A stretch of 64,000 nucleotides of DNA, from positions 8,868,001-8,932,000 of the forward strand of contig CM052816.1 in NCBI GenBank assembly GCA_028534125.1, given 5' to 3'. Position 1 is the first letter of the stretch; every line of letters starts with the position of its first letter. Shown here piece by piece: positions 12,937 to 25,481 of this stretch. This stretch comes from Lama glama. Its lineage: Eukaryota. The position numbers and the translations under genes were made by a program. The notes below the pieces were generated by a model. That model had not been told where the DNA came from and ran no database searches. It worked only from the letters and a program-made list of their open reading frames with translations.

Positions 12937-15007
12937 CTATAGAGAGACCAGACACTCTTAATGTTTGTGAGGACATCACTCCGCTCTTGACAGTAGAGTT
13001 TGGGGAAGGCCCAGAGAGGTGGCTGGTATATTGGGTACCCCAGGAAATGGGAAGATTGCCACACAGGATTCTGGGATCATCATCAATAATTATTACCGCA
13101 ACCCACTGACAAGCCAGCATTTCTCTTGGAAGGAATGTGACTAGGAAGCCTACCAGGAAATGGGGAAGATGGTTAGAACCCAGGGGCCAGGTAAGACTAT
13201 ATACAAAGGTTCAGAAAACTGTTCTTTAAAACTTGACTACTGTTATATGCTTCTTGTACTTTTGTTATTATTCACCTTTAGTACTATGTTACACACATTT
13301 TGAAAATTCCTATCTCAGTTGTGCTAAGGCATGCATTTTCAATAGAAACAAGATATTAGTATTTCATTGATGGGGGAATAATAAAAGAATAGTTGACAAG
13401 ACTAAGAGGAGTCAAAGAGTGGTTTATTCTTGAAGATTAGCTAAATAGGAACAGGAAAGTAAGACACTCCATAGACGAGGTAAGTCTCTAAATGCCTGCT
13501 ATGAAGTTTTCTATACCTGATGGAGACAGGCCACCCGACTTGTCTAATCTTTTTAGAATCACATAAACTTTATAAAAGTAAACTCAGCTGTGGAAAAATC
13601 TTACTACTCCCAATGCTGCATTCTTGATTTTTCTCAGATATGAGAAGGAATATCATCATTACAGATATCCATGGTAATACAAAAGCCCTGGGTAGAGCTG
13701 GTGGGGGGTAAAGGACTTTGCTGATTTAGCTTTAATCCAAGGACAGGTTCAAGGTCCTGTGCCAAAACAGGTAGCTTAAAAGAGATGATGACAGAGGAGA
13801 CATTTTCTAGGTACATACTGCCTGGATGGGAAGTAATGACTGACACAGAGGTAAAGATTCTACCTTTAACTTCTGGGTAACAGAAATCCACTCCAGTTTC
13901 TTGAGCAAAACAGGTGGAACAGAATTTAAATTATCTAACAATAACACATAATGACTCTGGGTGCTTGGGGCAGGACAGATGGGTGGAGTGAAAAGATATC
14001 AGAAGAAATAGAGCAGAGCCAACTGAAGTAATCTTGGTATGATATGATTGGAAGCTAGAGAGGAGGCAATGGAGAGGAAAGAATGAAAGCAGCAGGCATT
14101 TCCTGGGAACCAGACTTGGTGTATTCAGAATTCCACAAAACACCTCCCCCATCACCATTAGGGATGGCAGCTGTATATATTAATCGCTGTTAGTAACATC
14201 AGCAGAAAAAGTGGAAGAGATTAGCTAAAGGCTTGAAAAGTACACTGACAAAATTTAGAGAAAAGAATGTCTGATAAAGATCAATCAGGGACATCAAGGG
14301 CTTTCCCTGGCTATTCAGAGGAAGACAAATACTCTAATAGAATTTTGAAAGCTGTAAACTGCTGGGTTGATTTCTACACTGCCATGGTACAAAGAGTCCT
14401 GGCTTTTAGTCAGTAAACTTGTAATAATCTGGATAAACATAAGCCTGGATTCTCTTGCCTACAGAGTGAGGGGGTTCCGTCCCTGATTCTGTTTGTATTA
14501 TTGTGTTACTTTAATAGATGGTTGGTGTTCACACCATTCCTTAGAGGGGATAAAGGTCTCTGTGACCTGTTTAAGAGAAGGTGGGTAACTGAGACAAGAC
14601 TATCCCCAGAAGGAAGATAGTCATCATGCTATACTATGCATTAATTAAATAAAAATAAAAGCTTTCTACTTTTTTTCTAATTCCATGCTCACAGAACAAT
14701 CTTTAAGTTTCTAAGTATTCCTGGCCACTAGGAGGAAATGACCCAAGCAAATGACTTATGTGGCATGTTTTGCTAGACATTTTTCTCTCTAAATTAATGA
14801 ATTAGATTACCAAATTCTTTTGAATTTAGTTAATATGTGCTTGTTTCTAAGCACCTTATTAATTCTTGAGGAAACTGACATAACCCAGTTTCTAACGCAT
14901 CAAAACTTGACTTCTGGTAAGTCAGTTCACTCTGCTCCCCTCAAGCAGGCAGGAAGTCTTCCCATTATCACAATTGGTCTATTTGCTACAAAAATTCCCT
15001 GTAGCTT

Positions 15008-15220
15008 AGAGGTCACCAAACTTTCTCTGTAAAAGGCCATATAGTAAATATTTTAGGTTTTGTGGGATAAGAGGCAGAATTAAGCATCTTACGTAGGTGA
15101 TTATTTAGCAAAAGAGAAAATCAATTTCCACAAATTTTTAATGATGAAATTCAGGACTGTACTTACTGTATTTAACAGCTGGCAGGATTGGCCTGCAGGC
15201 TATAGTTTGCTGAGCCCTGA
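15008..15220. mobile_element. MER58-family hAT MITE
   Basis: 'agaggtcaccaaactttctctgtaaaaggccatatagtaaatattttaggttt' ... 'ggctatagtttgctgagccctg', matching recalled MER58 ends. Confidence 0.65.
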
Positions 15221-16294
15221 TAGTTGGAAATAGGAGACTAAAACATGGATGAAATAACAAGAACACCATTTGGGGGCCAGTATTTAGCTATTTAGGAATT
15301 CAACTTGGTGGTTAGTATTTACTCAAAGTCTTGAAAGATGAGTCTATAGCACTGAATGAAAAGCAGAAGGCTATGCCAAAGCACTGGAGTTGGACAGGGC
15401 AGGAACGAAGGGAATCCTGTGTACAAATACCGGATAAAACATAAAGAGGGAGTAGTGTGATAAAAGGAAAAGAATAACAGATTAGGGGTCAATGGACTCA
15501 TGTCTACACACCTGTCACCAAATAACTTTTTCTAGCTCACCTATAAGAGGAAATTGGACTAGATAAAATCCAGAGGCCCCTCAAGCACTCCATCTTATGT
15601 GTAGTAAAAGTATACTGCTCCATGTTAAATTATGAGTACAGCAAGTAATCACAGATTTGCCCTTTACCCTTGAATCCCTGTTACTTAACTAAGATTTTCA
15701 TGAGCAAATTTGGAAAGAGATGTGGTGCACTTAGGAAAAAGTTTCTGAAAGACTCTGAAATGGACTAAAAAGATTACTCAGTATCATCAGTGAAAAAACA
15801 GATTTGATCTAGCACAGCCTTCAGGGTTATCTGATTCCGTGTGGCGTGAGCCTCTGAGTTGTAACTTAGCAAGTTGTAGAACACTGAGAGTATTCTCGTC
15901 CATAGTTGTGAAAATTGTCTGGTGGAGATACAGGTGATTACTGCACTATGGATACAGACCAATTTTGCCTGAAGCAAAATTTCAGCATTTCTGGCTGCCT
16001 CCTGTGAACATCTCAATGATTTACTTGTTCATTAATGAGTTAAACAGAATTGCTTGTATAAGCACTAGAATATTAACTGTACAGGCTTGAAAATAAAGGC
16101 AAGCATTATTTTAGCAAATGGTTCACTTGACAACATTCTCAATAAGCAGCACAGAAAGCCTCTGGGGATAGAGGAAGGGTAGGGTACAGATTAGTTAAGG
16201 ACCCAGATGTGTTTTTGGCTAAGTTCAGTGTGCAGAAGTGCTAGCAAAGTGCCCTTAAACTAAAAGGTGTTTTTATTATTAATAAATCTCTCAC

Positions 16295-16376
16295 CAAATA
16301 TCTTGGCATCTTCTACACATCTCTGGGTTCGCCTTCTTATATTTTCACCATCAGCTACAGCTCTCTGGTATCTCAC
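16295..16376 (-). CDS. GRPEL2: GRPEL2 exon 3 (82 nt)
   Basis: Acceptor CTCAG|GTG, donor TTTG|GTGAGA. Encodes VRYQRAVADGENIRRRTQRCVEDAKIF(G). Confidence 0.97.
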
Positions 16377-17336
16377 CTGAGTATCAAAAGCAAAGTCAAA
16401 GTGATAAGAATAAAAATGCTTATTGGTGGAAAGGAACTTTTTGCTTACTTTACACATTTTAGCCTTGTGATAGGTTTTCATTAAAAAAAAAATCAGGAGG
16501 TATAGGAATCTTAGATCAGCTACTCTAAATTCTTAGAGTAAAACTCTTTTTATGATAGCCTTCATAGGCTGTCATTTAGCCTGCTAGTTTGAACACTAAA
16601 CAACTGTTTTCAAGCTCATTATCCTGAGAAAAAGCTTTCTTTTTCACCGTCAGCCAATACTTCCATCCGCCAACTTTCTTTAGTTGAACTGAACTCTAGG
16701 ACAACCAAGAGTAAGTTTTAAAAATATGCCGTCTATTTGAAGGCAGTTATCTTAGCCTCTTTACTTTTTTTCTCTTTCATTCTTATAATCTCTGGTTCCT
16801 TTAATTACTCTCATAAGACATGCTTTCCAACCTCCTTTCTCTTTTTGGGTGGTCTTGCTTTGGAATTACTCTAATTATTTATCTTCCTCAAAGTTTATCT
16901 GTCAGCCCAGTACGGCATAGTATCCTAGCTGTAGCCTGATTGGCAGAATACAATGATAAGTGAGATAACTCATTCAGCAAATATTTATTGAGTGTCTAGT
17001 ACATGTCTACTACATGTACTTTCTTTGAAGCTACCAAAACATCAGATATCTAAGTACTGGGACATGGGAGGGAACTGCAGAAAAATGATCATCTGTAGTC
17101 AGTGATGTTTTTGAACTACTACAGATTATAATGCCTAGTATACCTAGCAAGAGTGGAAGTGGGGTGGGGGGTAAGTAAAGAGCCAATTAGAGGACATAAA
17201 ATCCGACATAAAAAACTTTATGTAGATATTTAAACTGGAGGGAAGATGTGAAGATAATATAGATAATCTAAGCAGATAACAGAAAACATACTATATATTA
17301 TAGAATATATGAACAGATAATGTAAAATTCACTCAC

Positions 17337-17490
17337 TGTTAAATCTTGGACTTCCTTCTCCAGTTTAACAGCTTTTAGCTTTAAGGCTCGTTCTGCAAGA
17401 GAGGGCCCAAGTTCATCAGGAGGGTCCTCAGAATTGCAGTCCTCACCAGCAGTTCTCTGGGTAGCAGTGCTGAAAGGATGCAGCCATCCC
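17337..17490 (-). CDS. GRPEL2: GRPEL2 exon 2 (154 nt)
   Basis: Acceptor TTTAG|G, donor ACA|GTGAGT. Encodes GWLHPFSTATQRTAGEDCNSEDPPDELGPSLAERALKLKAVKLEKEVQDLT. Confidence 0.97.
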
Positions 17491-19599
17491 CTAAAGTGGG
17501 AGAGAGGTGGTACATTATGAAGAAATGCCATCACAGACAGCTAAAGTTACAACAAAGTTCAGAGTCTGCAGTTTTTCCCAGATTGACTCTCTCTAGTAAA
17601 AGTGCTTTCAGTCACAGAAACAATACAAACACTTATAATGTGCTTGCTGGATGCAAGACATAGTTGTCAGGGTTTTACTTAAATCATCTTTTCATCTCAT
17701 GAAGTGTGAGGTAAATACTATTATCATCCCTATATTATAGATGAGAAAACTGAAGCTCAGAGAGGCTTCTGATTTGCCTAAGATCACAGAGCTAGTATTC
17801 TGTTGAACCAGGATACTGAAAATTAGGCAGTAGAAATAGCCAGAAGTGGGGACACAAAAGTCAACAAGAGAAAATCAAATTCTAATACTTAGAACCAGCA
17901 GGGCAACATCAGAAGCAGGAAATCAAACACAAAGCCAAACAGTTCAGGTTCACTCCTTCATTTTATAGATGAGGAAATTAATTCCAGTAAACGTACCTTA
18001 TCATATCAAACTGAAGTTAGGCCTAGAATTCTAAAGCCTTTTTGACCCACAAATTCTAAGTAAAAGTAAGGCTTTTATGGAAAAGAATTTGTGCTAAGAG
18101 AAAATGAGTTGGGAACTCACCTATATGTAAAATCAAGTCAGTTAAATACTTATAAAACACTCTATGTTGTGGACTGTGAACTATAAACAGGTGCATAAAA
18201 TAGATCTTTGCATTCAATTATGTTTGTATTCTAGAGTTTTGTACAGCTAAAATGTTTGACACACAGTTCAGTTTACATAAAAAATTTAGAGTAGGGGCTA
18301 GCTGTAGATCTTGGATTGTAGCAGTCAGTCAGGGAAGTTTCTGTTACATCCCCATGATCCTTATTTTTGAAGTAAAACCATCAAGAAAATCTGTGAACGC
18401 AAAAGGTCTTTAAAACAAATAGTTTGTTTACGTAAACTGGCATATACTGAAGAGTGGTCACTGAGGTGAAATCTAAGCAAAGGCTTAAAGTGGATAAAGG
18501 AGTTTATTTCAAGAAAATGAAGAGGAACAGTCACTATAAGTGTGTGGGGAAGAGGACTTTTATCTTCTAGGCCAATCTTGAATTCAGCTATTATGATCTG
18601 GTGTCAGATTACATATGATTACAAAGTTTTAGTTCAGAAAATATGGTCACCATAGATCTGAGGCACATCACACAGGGTGAAATAGATCCTTCCTCCTAAA
18701 TTCCTTAACAAATTACATTTATCCAACTGAAAGTAGGTCAAAATATCCTCAGCCTCAGCTGAAAGGGAAAATGGCCAGAGCCAAAGTCGTGAAAAAGAAG
18801 GGAGTTGTGGCAGATCCTCTCAACTCCTAGTGCTTCAGAATTGGAGGGAGGGGAAATTTTGTTAGAAGGAAACATTTTTCTTTTATCTCTTCCCTACACC
18901 ACAAACTGCCAAAAAGACCTTAAGGAAAAAAAAGAAAAAGAAAAAAAGCTTGAAATCCTGACTTCACCCTCTCAACCTGATGATGGGGGTGGGGAACTGA
19001 GTTAGGTGTGTTAAGATACAAAGGTGACAAATAGTTACGCAAAGTGCCCGGATTTCACCACAGTTTAATTTACTTTTCATAAATCCAACCTTACCCATCC
19101 CCCATTCAGCAATTTTTATTCTTTCAGATAAAGAAACTGTCAACGGGGAATCGTCCCTGAGAATAATTAATATTGGTCACTAATTAAAAGGGCCAATTCT
19201 AGAACCCTGACTGGTTTCCAGTCTGGGTTCCACCACTTCCCAAGTATTTAAGTTTGGAGAAGTTACTCAACTTTTGTAAACCTCAGTTGCCTCAATTAAA
19301 CGGAAATAAAAGGAACTACCCATAGTCTACAATCAGCATGATAAGTGATCAATAAAAGCTGCCGCAATCGAATAAAAGCAGCAACCGGAACTTCACAGAC
19401 TCCCAAAGGCAGGTGGAAGGGCCGTTTGGAGAGAGACCAAGTCCAATGCCCTCTTTTAACCGATAGGTAAAATCAAGCCCGGATAGTGGGGAAAGGACGG
19501 GCCAAAGATCATGCAGGGTATTGGGGAAAAAAAATCCCAATTCACCAGGCACCAAAGCTGGAGAGAAGGGGTCGGGAAAGGTACACTCCCAACTCAATG

Positions 19600-20350
19600 G
19601 ACGCTCGGGCTGAAGAAGAGGTCCCACCTCCGAGGGCGTGACCTCGGATCTTCCCACCTTCCTCGGCCTGGCAAGGAGGCGCGGCTGTGGACCTCAGTTT
19701 CCCGCTCCGTAAGATGGGGCCGTGAGCGCCCAGTTGTAGTGGCTATGAGGCTTGGTGGGTCCTCTCGCCCTCCAGTCTACAATCGCCCCTCTGGCTCGCT
19801 GGTCCCGTATCGTCCTCACGTCCCCAACCCCATGGCCTTGCTTACCTGCCGTCAGATGCAGCACTCGAGGCCAGGAGGGGTTGCATCCGCCGCCGGACCG
19901 CCCACAGGAGCCGCGCGGCCATGTTCCCCACCTCGGCCCACGGAGACAGCGCACGCGCACTCGCTTCAAGTGACGAGCTACGCGCCCTTCAAAAACCACG
20001 TTTCCCGGTAGCCTTCGCGGGTGTTTCTCTCTCACCGCCCCGGAAGGGAATACCACACTTCCGGTTGCCCTTGCGCTCTGAGGGGTTCCCCATCCTGTCT
20101 TCCCGATGTAACTCAGCTCTTCCGGTCCTCTGCGTGTTTGGCGCGTAAGGTGGGTTCCTGTTGTAGGGACATGGGCTCCGTGCTAGACGCGGAATCCGCG
20201 GCAAAACGGATAGCAGCTGTGCCCTCATGGAGCTTACGTGAAGTTATGCACAACAAACAAATGCAAACGCGGTATAAAGTCAAAATATGACCGGTGTTTA
20301 AAGGTGAGGGGCATAGTACTGCGGAAGCCTAGAATACGGTTCGGCCGAGT
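19600..20350 (-). promoter_or_regulatory. GRPEL2 CpG-island promoter with ETS, NRF1-like and YY1-like motifs
   Basis: CpG-rich. CCGGAAG at 20040-20046, ACTTCCGG at 20057-20064, CTTCCGG at 20119-20125, GCGCACGCGCA at 19949-19959. Confidence 0.8.
19846..19922 (-). CDS. GRPEL2: GRPEL2 coding exon 1 (77 nt), mitochondrial targeting presequence
   Basis: Kozak GAAC-ATG-G. Encodes MAARLLWAVRRRMQPLLASSAASDG(R), Arg-rich and acid-poor. Donor GGCAG|GTAAG, phase 2, matching exon 2. Confidence 0.95.
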
Positions 20351-22119
20351 GTGGGTAGTTTTCCCAAAGGAAATAATATTTGAACTGAAAGCTGAGTAAA
20401 GTAGGTGTAAAGAGGACGCAAGTGGTTCAGGTAGAGGGAAACAGTATTTGCAAAGTCGGGAGGGAAAGTATTGCGGTTAAGGAGCTGAAATACTGGAGGA
20501 AGGGGAGAGGCAACACTAGAAGGTGGTTAGGCAGGGCCAGGTCACGTGAGGAGTTAAAAACATCGAAGCCCAACCCTCTTCTCTCCCATCACTCTTCCTG
20601 GCTTTTCCCCTCCAATTCACTCTTTTTTTTTCTGATTATGTTTTAAAATGCTGTGTATTTTCTTATTTTCCCTCACATGTAAACTCCATTAGGGCAGGGA
20701 TTTTTTTTTTTTTGGTCTCTTCGCACTAAATGAACAGTGCCCTAATGTGGTTGCTAAATTTTTTTTTGTTAAATGAACTTGAGTCGTATTGTGATTGCAA
20801 TGGAAACGTGTTACAAAACCTTTACATGTTTAAGGAATTACTTTGCTGTATGGAGGAGATTGTTGGGTCGAAGAAAAGGGGCAGGGAGACAAGCTATTGG
20901 ACTAGTCCATGCAAGGAAGGGCTGTATTCTGTCCTGGGGTCACCTCAACAGAGAAACCTTTGTAACCACTCTTTTTAAAGGATATACTATTTTACGTTTG
21001 TTCAGCACATTTTCCTTTCCCTCTTAGTATTTTATTTTTTGCTTCCTTTTTGTTTGTTCTCCCAACTAGTGTATGAACTTGGTTAGGGTGTCTTGTTCAC
21101 AGCTATGATTTCTGACATCTCGAACAAAAGGTGTACATAGTAGGTGCTAAAATGTTTGTGGAGTGAATTAATGAAGTTGGATGGTGTCAGTGGAGATAGG
21201 AAAAAGTGGCTGGATTTTAGAGAGGCGTAGTAGGGAAAGTAGACAGGATGTGAGGATGGACTGGTAACTGGGGTTGAGGGCACATGGAGTTGCCAGAGTA
21301 CTTACTAAATAGTCCCTAATATCAAAAAAAAATTTTTGAGGGATGGAAGGTGTGCTTTCATCATTCTGAATCTTCACCATAACGTGGCTTACTTGTACTA
21401 TATCTATTTGGGTCAGATGTTCTCTCTGCTTGTCTATGAGTTCCATGAGGACAGAGCTGGAGGCTTTTCCATCTTTATATTCTGTCCAAGGCCCAGCTCA
21501 CATGTGTTGTAACCAACACCTTATGTTTCTTTTTGGCTTTAGGAGAAGAGCAACATGGTTTAAGGAGGGATTACGATTCTCTTTTAAATATGAGAAAACT
21601 AAGGCTCAGAGAGGTTGGTGAACCTGCTCAAGGATCCCCACTGATGATACTAGAAATCTGATAGTCTGAACACTTGGCAGTGCTGGGGAGGATGGAGCTT
21701 CAAGCCCAGCTGAGACCCATGAGCCTGCAAACTTTGAAAAAACAATCAAACCAGAACTGGCATCCACGCTTTTGCCATTTTGCTTACACTTCTCTTAGCT
21801 AACTTAACAGCAGATGTGCTGCATATATGCATCCATTCATTCATCTATTAAGTGCATGTGTGCTTCTGAATGCTGCAGAGCAAGGGGAGAGGGGAGACAT
21901 GAATAAAATAGAACCTTGGAACTAAGGTGGGGGGCTATAGGGTCAGATTTCATGTGTTCAAGTGCCAGCTCCACCATTTCCTAACTGTGAGCTTTGGCAA
22001 GCTACTTAGCCTCTTTGGGATTCCATTTCCTGAACTGTGAAAACTGGGGTAAGAGAACCTAACTCACAGGGTTTTGGGAAGACTAAAGGGATAATACCTG
22101 CAAAAGTGGTGTGTTAGCC

Positions 22120-22281
22120 CCTGGATCACCTATATAATTTAGAGGGCAAAAGGAAAATGTGGAGCCCCTTGTTCAAGATTACTTGAGGGTAACAGCAGAG
22201 CATTAAACTAAGCATAGGGCCCTGCTAAGTGCGGAACCCTGCGTGACTGCACACGTGGTTATGCCTGTGAAGCCGACCCTG
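22120..22281. mobile_element. MER45A-like hAT-Tip100 MITE inserted into a MIR
   Basis: 'cagcagagcattaaactaagcatagggccct...gtgactgcac...tgaagccgaccctg' matches recalled MER45A. MIR-like sequence lies on both sides (about 21930-22105 and 22282-22325). Confidence 0.7.
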
Positions 22282-23130
22282 GCTAACACAGTGCTTGATG
22301 CGTGTTGAGTGCTCAATAAATGGTAATTTTCAATTTCCAAGAGTCCCAGCTCTCAAAGAGTCCAAAATCTATTGATGGGAAAGGACATTTAACCTCAAAA
22401 TAGTTGCATGAGAAAGAATGTGACACACACTGAGGACGCAATCAGATTGCTGGTTACCATTACAGGATCCACATTTTAAGAAAACACTGACAATCCAGAT
22501 TATGTAAGCTCCCTTGTCACTGAAAACACTCAGGTGGAATCTGGATGAAAGCTGTCAGTTATGGATTGGTTGCCTTTTAGCTTTTGGTGGTTGTAATAAC
22601 TATGTAAAAGTCATTTCTTCAGTGCAAGGGGCAGAATTTGAGTCAGTCATTTCTTATCTAGCTAATAAGAATAAACTATTGGCTGAACATTTCCTATTTC
22701 TCAGACATTGTGCAAGATGCTTCCTATGTATTGTCTCATTGAATTCCCCCAGTAGTCTTGGGAGAAAAGTACAGTTGTTAACCTAGTTTTCACAAGTAAG
22801 GAAAACAATCAGAGAAGTCAAATGACTTTCCCAAAGTCACAGCTGGTTAAGTAGAAGAGGCAGGGCTCAAACAGCCCAGCGTGGATCCGGGCTTACCAGC
22901 CCTAAACCTTATGCTCTGCCACTGACAGCTGGGTGCTTTTGGTCAGGTTATGCTACTTGCTCTGATCTCCAGCTACCTCAGAGGGTGATAAAGTTTGAGT
23001 GAGGCTCAAGTATGTAAAGCCATAGGCAAATAAAATATGTGACGCCTCTAGCAGAGTGTCCAGAGGTTATACTGGGATTTCCATTCTCTCTTCCTGAGCT
23101 AACCTCTGAACTCAGTTAAGTGGTTTTATC

Positions 23131-23136
23131 TTTATT
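23131..23136 (-). terminator. Candidate AFAP1L1 polyadenylation signal (AATAAA)
   Basis: TTTATT on + strand about 1.1 kb downstream of the AFAP1L1 stop codon. Confidence 0.45.
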
Positions 23137-24238
23137 GGGGGGAAAGGTGATAAAGACCTATAAAGTGCCTACAGTGTTGAGAAAGCAGTGAGTAATAAAG
23201 AGACTACCTGGGACTTGAGGTCCTTGTTCCCCTGTAAAAATACCAAGTGTTTGTAAAAGGCTTAGCACCCTTGTGGCAGAAATGAGTCACCATCCTCTGT
23301 CATAGTTTTTCTTGATAGCAGGTATGGAAAGGCAGACTGGTGGGCCTTCAAGTGTAAGATAAGGTTTAAGACCTAAATAAAGGATGTCACCTGGGTTTCT
23401 AACCATAGCTTCTTGAGCCTGAGTGCCATATAAATTAAGTAAGGGACCTGATTGACAGCAAATGACCCTACCCTACAATGCCTGTAGCATCCTGTGGACA
23501 TTAGAAATCCATACTCCTGTCACTTAGTGCCACTGTGAGCTTAAAATATGTCAGCTACTGAACCTCTCTGCCTAATTAACCTCTTTTTGCCAGATCTCTG
23601 ACTTGAAAACATCCAAATCTGGGATTCTGGATTCTGTATCATGAGGATTCTGTAATCATGAAGAATGATTGTAGGATATACATAATCTCTATAGTTTTTG
23701 TTCATTTTTATGCAGGTTGAGATAATTCTATTGATTTTTTTATCTTATTTATCTTGCCCAGAGGTTATCAGTAATGCCCAACATGAATCCATTTGGCACA
23801 AGCGTGACTGGATAATCAAGTCTTGTCTCTTTACACTGCACCACCGATGCCTCAGCTCTGCCCTCCTTTGCCCTAAGGACTGGGAATGGGATGCTGAGAA
23901 TGGGATGGAATGGCTTATTCACATGTGCTTTCATTTCTTCTTCAGAAAGGAAGGCAAAGACATTTAACAAAACCTTTACAAGTGTGCAGATTTCTGTCTC
24001 CCTCCACCCCCTTTTCCACCTTCCATAAAGTTACAAGGCTGCACTCCATTTCCCTCTTCTCTTCTACTTCTTCCCTCCCCATGTCCCCTATAATCATGCA
24101 GACGATAAAGGCTGGTCTTTTGGGTGCCCCAGAGGGTGTGGGCTATTTCCAGTCTTCCGATGTCTCCTTGTGAAAAAAGCATTTCTGTCTTGAATGGACA
24201 AGGTGGTATTTCCTTTGGATGAAATCCTCATCTTCTTT

Positions 24239-24262
24239 CTAGGTCTTCTTCATTTCCCATTC
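24239..24262 (-). CDS. AFAP1L1: AFAP1L1 last coding exon (19): EWEMKKT*
   Basis: Polypyrimidine tract and TTCAG|GAA TGG GAA ATG AAG AAG ACC TAG. Confidence 0.93.
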   Translation of the reverse strand, partial: EWEMKKT

Positions 24263-25151
24263 CTGAAGTAGAGAAAGACAGAAAAAAATCAGTCTGTTGA
24301 ATATTCTAGTGTGACTTGTAGGATAAAACCATTCCACTGCACCTAATTATTTAAAGATCTCCATGGCCAGATTAGAGAGTCATAAGTCCTAATCCTACTC
24401 TCATTCTTTGGCCTCAGGTAAGCCATACCTCCACACTGGGTCTCACCTCTAAGGGGACTCAAACACCACAGTTTGTCTTTTTCAAACAAGGAAACTGAGG
24501 TCCAGAAGGAGCTGGGGAGTGGAGACCGCATCAGTGCTATTCCCCAGCACTGTGACTGGTGTAGGAGGCTGATAGGAGAGAAGGCAAGGCAGTTTAACAA
24601 TAAGGGTGAGGACAGGCTGCTCACAGGGCTCTGTTCCTTCTGGGGTCATCTAGGAATTCACCTGAGATGAACACTGAAGTCATGGCCAACAGTGAATGGC
24701 TTTTTACTCATACACAATCCATGGGGTTTCCAGCCAGCCCCAGAGGGGATAGTATGAACCGGGTTAGAAGGTGATGTTTAGAAAATTCTTGGTGGGAGAA
24801 TTCTCCAGTCCCAACCTGTGCCTCTTGAGTCTTCACCATCTAGACTGCAGTTGCTCAGGGAAGTGACCTAAGTCATCCTTTCCTTTCCTCATCCTCCACA
24901 TCCTCATCAGCAAATCCTTCAGCTCTACCTCCAAAGCCAGCTGTTTCCTATCACTTCTACTAAACCTTTCTAATCTCTTACCAAGATTACTGCTTCTTAC
25001 TGGTCTCTTGTATTCCCTTATCATTCTCAGCATTGCCAGAATGGTCCTTTAAAAATATAACTCATGGCAAAAATTCCTTGGTCAAAACTTGCCATTGACC
25101 TTCCATTATGTTAGAACAAAATCCAAAGGTCTTCCAATGGCCTACAAGGTT

Positions 25152-25481
25152 CAAGGAGAAGCAAACTACGGTTCATGGGCCATATCTGGCCCACTACGTT
25201 TTTGTGTGACCAGTCAGCTAAGAACGGTTTTTAGATTTTTAAATATTTGGAAAAAAAATAATTTTTCACAACACCTGAAATTTATATGAAATTTAAGTCT
25301 CACTGTCCATAAACAAAGTTTTATTGGGATACAGCCATGTTCATCATTCATTTACATATTGCCTATGGCTACTTTCCTGCTCTGATGGCCAGGCTGAGTC
25401 ACTGTGAAAGAGACCGTGTGTTCCACAACGCCTCAAATAGTTACTATCTGACTCTTTTCAGAAAAAGTTTGCCAGTGTCTG
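25152..25481. mobile_element. MER58B-like hAT element
   Basis: 'gcaaactacggttcatgggccatatctggcccac' ... 'tttactatctgactcttttcagaaaaagtttgcc'. Confidence 0.7.

Noticed and set aside
12937..13120. Open-frame extension upstream of GRPEL2 exon 4 (182-aa ORF in the track)
   Set aside because: Intronic. The acceptor at 12937 restores the 225-aa protein and the extension has no GrpE similarity.
19511..20056. Overlapping 166-aa (+) and 120-aa (-) ORFs at the GRPEL2 promoter
   Set aside because: CpG-island ORFs with no recognisable homology; the real exon 1 is in a different frame.
23622..23672. Short imperfect tandem repeat GGATTCTGTA(A)TCATGA in the AFAP1L1 3' UTR
   Set aside because: A two-copy slippage duplication with no sign of function.
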